Of a DNA stretch of 44,800 nt, positions 39,610 to 44,800 are shown piece after piece. Origin of the DNA: Candidatus Eiseniibacteriota bacterium (GTDB lineage: Bacteria; Eisenbacteria; RBG-16-71-46); contig JANMQY010000053.1 of the NCBI GenBank assembly GCA_031370785.1, positions 1-44,800 on the forward strand, read 5' to 3'. The position numbers and the translations under genes are program-made. How positions within the stretch are numbered: the first letter of the stretch is position 1; every line of letters starts with the position of its first letter. The notes below the pieces were generated by a model. That model worked only from the letters and a program-made list of their open reading frames with translations, was not told where the DNA came from and made no database searches.

Positions 39610-39885
39610 CTACTTCGCGCGCTCGACGAACTCCACGAAGCGCCAGCGCTTTTCCTTCGACATCGGCCGGGTCTCCATGAAGCGGATGACATCGCCCACA
39701 TGACACTCGTTCTTCTCGTCGTGAACCTTGAACTTCGTCCGGCGACGCACGTAGCGGCCGTACGTCGGATGCTTCACGAGGCGCTCGATGGACACCACGA
39801 CCGTCTTCTCCATCCGGTCGCTGACTACCTTGCCCACCCGCACCTTCCTGCGATTGCGGTCCGTCGTCGTCGTCGTTGTCGTCAT
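39610..39885 (-). CDS. rpsQ: 30S ribosomal protein S17
   Basis: [26 protein letters not shown]. Confidence 0.98.
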   Translation of the reverse strand: MTTTTTTTDRNRRKVRVGKVVSDRMEKTVVVSIERLVKHPTYGRYVRRRTKFKVHDEKNECHVGDVIRFMETRPMSKEKRWRFVEFVERAK

Positions 39886-39912
39886 GCGTGCACTGCCTCC
39901 GGGGCGCGGGGC

Positions 39913-40134
39913 CTACGCCTTGAGCGTGGCCTTGCGCTCCAATTCGGTCAGAACGGTCAGGAGCCGCGCCATCTCGCGTCGGCTGGTACGGATCTTCAGC
40001 GGATTGTCGAGCTGCTTCATGGAATTGCGGAAGCGGAGGTTGAACAGCTCCTCACGCAGCTCGGTCACCCGCGCGCGGATGTCGTCCGCGGTCATGTCTC
40101 GCATGCTGGTCGCCTTCGGCTGAGCCACGATCAA
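39913..40134 (-). CDS. rpmC: 50S ribosomal protein L29
   Basis: [16 protein letters not shown]; syntenic position. Confidence 0.96.
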   Translation of the reverse strand: MIVAQPKATSMRDMTADDIRARVTELREELFNLRFRNSMKQLDNPLKIRTSRREMARLLTVLTELERKATLKA

Positions 40135-40553
40135 TCTCCTCCCAGCTCATGACGCTCGACGAAGCGGGTGCGGATCGGAAGCTTCGATGCCCCGAGCTTC
40201 ATCGCCTCCTGCGCCGCCGTCTTCGAGATGCCTTCGAGCTCGAACATCACGCGTCCGGGCTTGACCACGGCGACCCAGAATTCCGGCGCGCCCTTGCCCT
40301 TGCCCATTCGCGTCTCGGCCGGCTTCTTGGTGACCGGCTTGTCCGGGAATACCCGGATCCACATCTTGCCCCCGCGCTTGATGCTGCGGGTGATCGCCAC
40401 GCGTGCGGCCTCGATCTGGCGGTTCGTGACCCACGCCGGCTCGAGCGCCTGCAGCCCGAACTCGCCGAAGGTCACCGAGCCGCCCCGGTAGGCCTTGCCT
40501 CGCATGCGACCGCGCTGCTGCTTGCGGTATTTGACTCGCTTCGGCATCAACAC
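40131..40553 (-). CDS. rplP: 50S ribosomal protein L16
   Basis: [21 protein letters not shown]. Confidence 0.99.
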   Translation of the reverse strand: MLMPKRVKYRKQQRGRMRGKAYRGGSVTFGEFGLQALEPAWVTNRQIEAARVAITRSIKRGGKMWIRVFPDKPVTKKPAETRMGKGKGAPEFWVAVVKPGRVMFELEGISKTAAQEAMKLGASKLPIRTRFVERHELGGD

Positions 40554-40565
40554 GGTGGTCGGCTC

Positions 40566-41231
40566 CTACTTGTTCGATCCGGCCGCAACCGCGCCGGTCT
40601 GAGGCTTGTCGAGTACTTCGCCGTGGAACATCCACACCTTCACGCCGCACGTTCCGTAGGCCGTGTTGGCGGTGGCCCTCGCGAAATCGATGTCGGCGCG
40701 CAGCGTGTGGAGCGGAACCCGGCCTTCACGATAGGTTTCGAAGCGCGCCATCTCGGAACCGCCCAGACGACCCGAGCACGCGATGCGGATTCCCTGGGCG
40801 CCGGCGCGCATCGAGGAGGCGATCGCCTTCTTCATCGCGCGGCGGAACGAGACCCTCTGCTCGAGCTGCTTGGCGATGTGCTCGGCGACCAGCTGCGCGT
40901 CGAGGTCGGCGCGTTTGATCTCTTCGATGTTGAGCTGCACCTGCTTCTTGGTCAGCGCCTTCATCTCTTCACTGAGCTTGTCGACCTGCTCGCCCTTGCG
41001 ACCGATCACGAGGCCGGGACGCGCGGTGCGGATTCCGATCGTGACCTTCTCGCCCTTGCGCTCGATCGTGATCTTGGAGATGCCCGCCTGGTAGAGACGC
41101 TTCTTGAGGTAGCGCTTGATCAGCAGATCCTCGCGGAGCAGCTCCGGATAGTTCTTCTTGGCGAACCAGCGGGAGTCCCAGGTCTTGACGATCCCGAGTC
41201 TCAGGCCGATCGGATTGGTTTTCTGGCCCAT
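40566..41231 (-). CDS. rpsC: 30S ribosomal protein S3
   Basis: ATG 41231; [34 protein letters not shown]. Confidence 0.99.
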   Translation of the reverse strand: MGQKTNPIGLRLGIVKTWDSRWFAKKNYPELLREDLLIKRYLKKRLYQAGISKITIERKGEKVTIGIRTARPGLVIGRKGEQVDKLSEEMKALTKKQVQLNIEEIKRADLDAQLVAEHIAKQLEQRVSFRRAMKKAIASSMRAGAQGIRIACSGRLGGSEMARFETYREGRVPLHTLRADIDFARATANTAYGTCGVKVWMFHGEVLDKPQTGAVAAGSNK

Positions 41232-41572
41232 CAGAGCGACTCCCTCGTGGCCACCGTGACCGACACGTGGCTGGTGCGCTTCAGGATCGGCGTGGCGCGG
41301 CCCTGCGCACGGGGCAACCAGCGCTTCAGCGTCGGTCCCGCGCCCACGACCGCTTCCTTCACGTACAGATCCTCGAGGCGGACCTTGCCCACGTGCAGGG
41401 CATTGGCGACCGCCGACTTCAACACCTTCTGAATGATGCGCGCCCCGTTCTTGGGCGTGAACTGCAACGCGGTCGTCGCCGACTCGACGCTCTGGCCGCG
41501 AATGATCTCGAGCACCTGATTGCACTTCCGGGGCGTGATGCGCACGTAGCGCTGAATGGCTTTCGCTTGCAT
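41231..41572 (-). CDS. rplV: 50S ribosomal protein L22
   Basis: RITPRK, SAVANA, PRAQGRA, KRTSH. Confidence 0.99.
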   Translation of the reverse strand: MQAKAIQRYVRITPRKCNQVLEIIRGQSVESATTALQFTPKNGARIIQKVLKSAVANALHVGKVRLEDLYVKEAVVGAGPTLKRWLPRAQGRATPILKRTSHVSVTVATRESL

Positions 41573-41574
41573 GG

Positions 41575-41865
41575 CTACTTTCCTGGCACCGGGGTCTTCT
41601 CGACCGTCACCTGTCCGTGACCGCGGAACACCCGCGTAGGCACGAACTCGCCGAGCTTGTGTCCCACCATGTTCTCGGTCACGTAGATGGGAATGAACTT
41701 GTTGCCGTTGTGCACCGCCAGCGTGTGACCGACGAACTCGGGCAGGATCGTGCAGCGCCGCGCCCAGGTCTTCATCACCCGCTTCTCACCGCTGCGGTTG
41801 AGTCCCTCGATCTTCCTGACAAGGGAGTCGACGACGTACGGTCCCTTCTTGATGGAACGCGCCAT
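41575..41865 (-). CDS. rpsS: 30S ribosomal protein S19
   Basis: [20 protein letters not shown]. Confidence 0.99.
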   Translation of the reverse strand: MARSIKKGPYVVDSLVRKIEGLNRSGEKRVMKTWARRCTILPEFVGHTLAVHNGNKFIPIYVTENMVGHKLGEFVPTRVFRGHGQVTVEKTPVPGK

Positions 41866-41884
41866 GGATTCTCGATCTCCCTTT

Positions 41885-42709
41885 CTACTTCGAACGCCGG
41901 CGCACGATGAGCGAATCGCTCAGCTTGCGCTTGCGCGTCTTCAGGCCCTTGGTCTTCTTGCCCCACGGCGTCGTCGGATGACGGCCGCCCGAGGTCTTGC
42001 CCTCGCCACCGCCCATCGGGTGGTCGACAGGGTTCATCGCGACTCCCCGCACGCTGCCGAGCCGGCCCAGCCAGCGACGGCGGCCCGCCTTGCCGTACGA
42101 GATGTTCTCGTGGTCGATGTTCCCGACCTGACCGACCACCGCGCGGCAGGTCACGTGGAAGCGCCGCACCTCGCCCGACGGCAGGCGCAGCTGGGCGTAG
42201 TCGCCCTCCTTCGCCATCAACTGGCAGAAGGCACCGGCCGAGCGTGCGACGCGCGAGTGGCGGCCGGGGAACAGCTCGACGTTGTGCACGTTGGTGCCGA
42301 GCGGAATGCTCTTCAGCGGAAGGCAGTTGCCAGGCTTGATCTCGGCGTCCGGACCGGACTGCACCATCTCGCCGACCTTGAGCCCGTCGGGCGCGACGAT
42401 GTAGCGGCGCTCGCCGTCCACATAGTTCAGCAGCGCGATGCGCGCCGAACGATTCGGATCGTACTCGATGCTCGCGACCCGCGCCGGAATCCCGTCCTTG
42501 GTGCGGCGGAAGTCGATGATGCGGTAGCGCTGCTTGTGCCCGCCGCCGATGTAGCGGGACGAGATGTGGCCGTAATTGTCCCGGCCGCCGGTCTTGTACA
42601 GGCGTTCGGTGAGCGACTTCACCGGCTTCGAGCGCGTCAGCTCCTTGTAGTCCGGCATCTGCGTGTGCCGGAGCGTCGGCGTCATCGGACGGAATTTCTT
42701 CAGGCCCAT
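41885..42709 (-). CDS. rplB: 50S ribosomal protein L2
   Basis: [30 protein letters not shown]. Confidence 0.99.
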   Translation of the reverse strand: MGLKKFRPMTPTLRHTQMPDYKELTRSKPVKSLTERLYKTGGRDNYGHISSRYIGGGHKQRYRIIDFRRTKDGIPARVASIEYDPNRSARIALLNYVDGERRYIVAPDGLKVGEMVQSGPDAEIKPGNCLPLKSIPLGTNVHNVELFPGRHSRVARSAGAFCQLMAKEGDYAQLRLPSGEVRRFHVTCRAVVGQVGNIDHENISYGKAGRRRWLGRLGSVRGVAMNPVDHPMGGGEGKTSGGRHPTTPWGKKTKGLKTRKRKLSDSLIVRRRSK

Positions 42710-42722
42710 GGTTCGCGTTCCT

Positions 42723-43016
42723 CTAGATCTGCTCGAACAGCTCGATCTTCTGATCGGGCTGCAGAGTCACGATCGCCTTTTTCCAGTCGTTGCGACGGCC
42801 GACCCAGCGCCCCTGGCGCTTTTCCTTGCCGTGCACGTTCATCGTTCGCACCTCGGCCACCTTCACCGAGAAGATCGTCTCGATCGCGCGCTTGACGTCG
42901 ATCTTGTTCGCGGCGCGCGCCACCTCGAAGTGGTACTGGTTGCGCACCTCGCGCAGGGCCGTCCCCTTCTCGGTGATGAGCGCACGCTTCACCACACTCC
43001 GCGGATCCTTCATCAT
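42723..43016 (-). CDS. rplW: 50S ribosomal protein L23
   Basis: ATG 43016 or 43013; [19 protein letters not shown]. Confidence 0.98.
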   Translation of the reverse strand: MMKDPRSVVKRALITEKGTALREVRNQYHFEVARAANKIDVKRAIETIFSVKVAEVRTMNVHGKEKRQGRWVGRRNDWKKAIVTLQPDQKIELFEQI

Positions 43017-43639
43017 TTGACGAAGACCTCCTTGACGCGCTCGAGGGCGCCCGAGGTCAGCAGCACGACCTCGCAGTCCAGCACCTCGTACGGATTGAGC
43101 TGGTGAGCCAGGCGGGTATTCAGGTTCCGAATGTTGCGGCACGACTTGACGACGTTCTCGTCGGCCAGCTCGATCACCAGCAGGGTGCGCTTTCCGGCCA
43201 GCCCGAGCTTCTGAAGCGTCTCGGCCATGGTCTTGGTCTTCGGCGCGGAGAAGGCGAGCGAATCGATCACCTGCACCGCGTTCTCGCCGGCCTTGAGCGA
43301 GAGCGCCGAGGCGAGCGCCGCGCGGCGCTGCTGCTTCGGCATCTCGGTACGGTAGTCACGCGGCTTGGGCCCGAAGGCGCGGCCGCCTCCCGGCCACAGT
43401 GGCGAAGTGTTCGAGCCCGCGCGCGCGCGCCCGGTTCCCTTCTGCTTCCACGGCTTGCGACCGCCTCCCGAGACCTCGCCTTTGGCCTTGACCTTGGCCG
43501 TGCCCTGGCGCTGGTTTCCGAGGAAGCGCTTCACCGACAGCCACAGCAGGTGCTCGTGCACCGGCTGGGCGAACAGCTCATCGGGCAGCGTCGCTACGCC
43601 CTTCTCGCTCCCATCCACCTTGAAGACTTTCGCGTTCAT
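43013..43639 (-). CDS. rplD: 50S ribosomal protein L4
   Basis: RQGT, GGGRKPWKQKGTGRAR, FGPKPR. Confidence 0.99.
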   Translation of the reverse strand: MNAKVFKVDGSEKGVATLPDELFAQPVHEHLLWLSVKRFLGNQRQGTAKVKAKGEVSGGGRKPWKQKGTGRARAGSNTSPLWPGGGRAFGPKPRDYRTEMPKQQRRAALASALSLKAGENAVQVIDSLAFSAPKTKTMAETLQKLGLAGKRTLLVIELADENVVKSCRNIRNLNTRLAHQLNPYEVLDCEVVLLTSGALERVKEVFVK

Positions 43640-43640
43640 G

Positions 43641-44264
43641 TCAGCCTTCCCGCTTCTTGATGATCACGAGTCCATTCGGCGGACCGGGGATCGCGCCGCG
43701 CACCGCGAGCACGTGCTGCTCCGCATCCACCACGACCACGCGAAGGTTCTTGATGGTCAGGTTGACCGCGCCCATGTGCCCGGGCAGACGCTTACCCTTG
43801 ATGACGCGCGACGGATAGGCCGACGAGCCGATCGAGCCGGGCTGCTTGCCGGCGGTCGGACCGTGCGAGGCGTGGCCCGCCGCGAAGCCGTGGCGCTTGA
43901 CCACGCCCGCGAAGCCGCGGCCCTTGGTCACGCCCTCGACGTCGACGTGCTGGCCCGGCTCGAAGATCGCGACCGTGACGCTCTGCCCGACCTCGAGGCC
44001 CGCCGTATCGGCGACCCGGAATTCCCTGAGGTGGCGCGCCGGCGGGAGGTTGCGCTTCTTGAACTGGCCCAGCACCGGGCGCAGGAAGCGCGACTCCTTG
44101 TTGGTGCCGTACCCGAGCTGGATCGCCGTGTAGCCGTCCCGTTCCGCGGTGCGGACTTCGGTGACGGTGCACGGCCCGGCCTGGATCAGCGTAACTGGGA
44201 CGACCTCGCCCTTCTCGTCGAAGTGCTGAGTCATCCCGAGCTTCTTGCCGATGAGTCCCATCAT
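43641..44264 (-). CDS. rplC: 50S ribosomal protein L3
   Basis: GKKLGMTQ, DGYTAIQ, KGRGFAGVVKRH, PGSIG. Confidence 0.99.
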   Translation of the reverse strand: MMGLIGKKLGMTQHFDEKGEVVPVTLIQAGPCTVTEVRTAERDGYTAIQLGYGTNKESRFLRPVLGQFKKRNLPPARHLREFRVADTAGLEVGQSVTVAIFEPGQHVDVEGVTKGRGFAGVVKRHGFAAGHASHGPTAGKQPGSIGSSAYPSRVIKGKRLPGHMGAVNLTIKNLRVVVVDAEQHVLAVRGAIPGPPNGLVIIKKREG

Positions 44265-44344
44265 GTCCTGGTTCCTCGTCGGAGGCGCACGCCGGTCACC
44301 CGTTCCTCACAGGTGAGGCGCCGTCGCTCCGCCTGACGCTTCCG

Positions 44345-44650
44345 TCAGGTCTTGATCTCGATGTCCACGCCTGCCGGGATGTCCAGCTTCTCGAGCGCTT
44401 CCATGGTCTGCGCGCTCGAGCGGATGATGTCGATCAGCCGCTTGTGAATGCGGATCTCGAACTGTTCGCGGGACTTCTTGTCGACGTGCGGGCTGCGAAG
44501 CACGGTGTAGATCGTCTTCTTGGTCGGCAGCGGCACGGGTCCCTTGGTCATTGCCCCGGTGCGCCGTGCCGTGCGCACGATCTCGGACGCCGATTGATCC
44601 AGCGTCGCGTGGTCGTACGACTTCAGCTTGATGCGGATCTTCTGAAGCAT
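44345..44650 (-). CDS. rpsJ: 30S ribosomal protein S10
   Basis: [30 protein letters not shown]. Confidence 0.99.
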   Translation of the reverse strand: MLQKIRIKLKSYDHATLDQSASEIVRTARRTGAMTKGPVPLPTKKTIYTVLRSPHVDKKSREQFEIRIHKRLIDIIRSSAQTMEALEKLDIPAGVDIEIKT

Positions 44651-44660
44651 CGTTTGGCCC

Positions 44661-44800
44661 CTAGGCGATGATGTCGGAGACGACGCCGGCGCCGACGGTG
44701 CGTCCGCCTTCGCGGATCGCGAAGCGCAGCCCCGACTCCATGGCGATCGGGGTGATCAGCTCCACCTCGACGTCCACGTTGTCCCCGGGCATCACCATCT
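44661..44800 (-). CDS. tuf: elongation factor Tu, C-terminal end (truncated by window edge)
   Basis: Manual translation [45 protein letters not shown]. Confidence 0.98.
   Translation of the reverse strand, partial: MVMPGDNVDVEVELITPIAMESGLRFAIREGGRTVGAGVVSDIIA

Overview
This is a high-GC bacterial chromosomal window. Its secreted proteins carry FlgD-Ig/T9SS-like C-terminal domains, which points to an FCB-related lineage such as Ca. Eisenbacteria (inference only). The right 16 kb (28953-44800, minus strand) is a complete, canonical tuf-S10-spc-adk-map-infA-alpha ribosomal cluster. It is followed on the same strand by a GHL10/DigH-like glycoside hydrolase, typA, and an operon of a hybrid histidine kinase with two response regulators. 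The left 21 kb holds a LiaF-like/LytS/LytTR membrane-sensing operon with candidate LytTR boxes, ettA, an acyltransferase, a divergent methyltransferase/PLP-decarboxylase pair and ispG. It also holds two paralogous M43 metalloproteases, a 992-aa Asp-box secreted protein, tRNA-Asn and a few hydrolases. The most striking item is one ORF (15201-17180) that fuses a signal-less YkuD/L,D-transpeptidase-fold domain (ElsL-like) to a complete MurC/Mpl-like ligase. It is a candidate bifunctional 'trim-and-ligate' peptidoglycan-recycling enzyme. I saw no CRISPR array, integrase, transposase or phage gene. All calls come from motif recognition by eye; no database searches were run.
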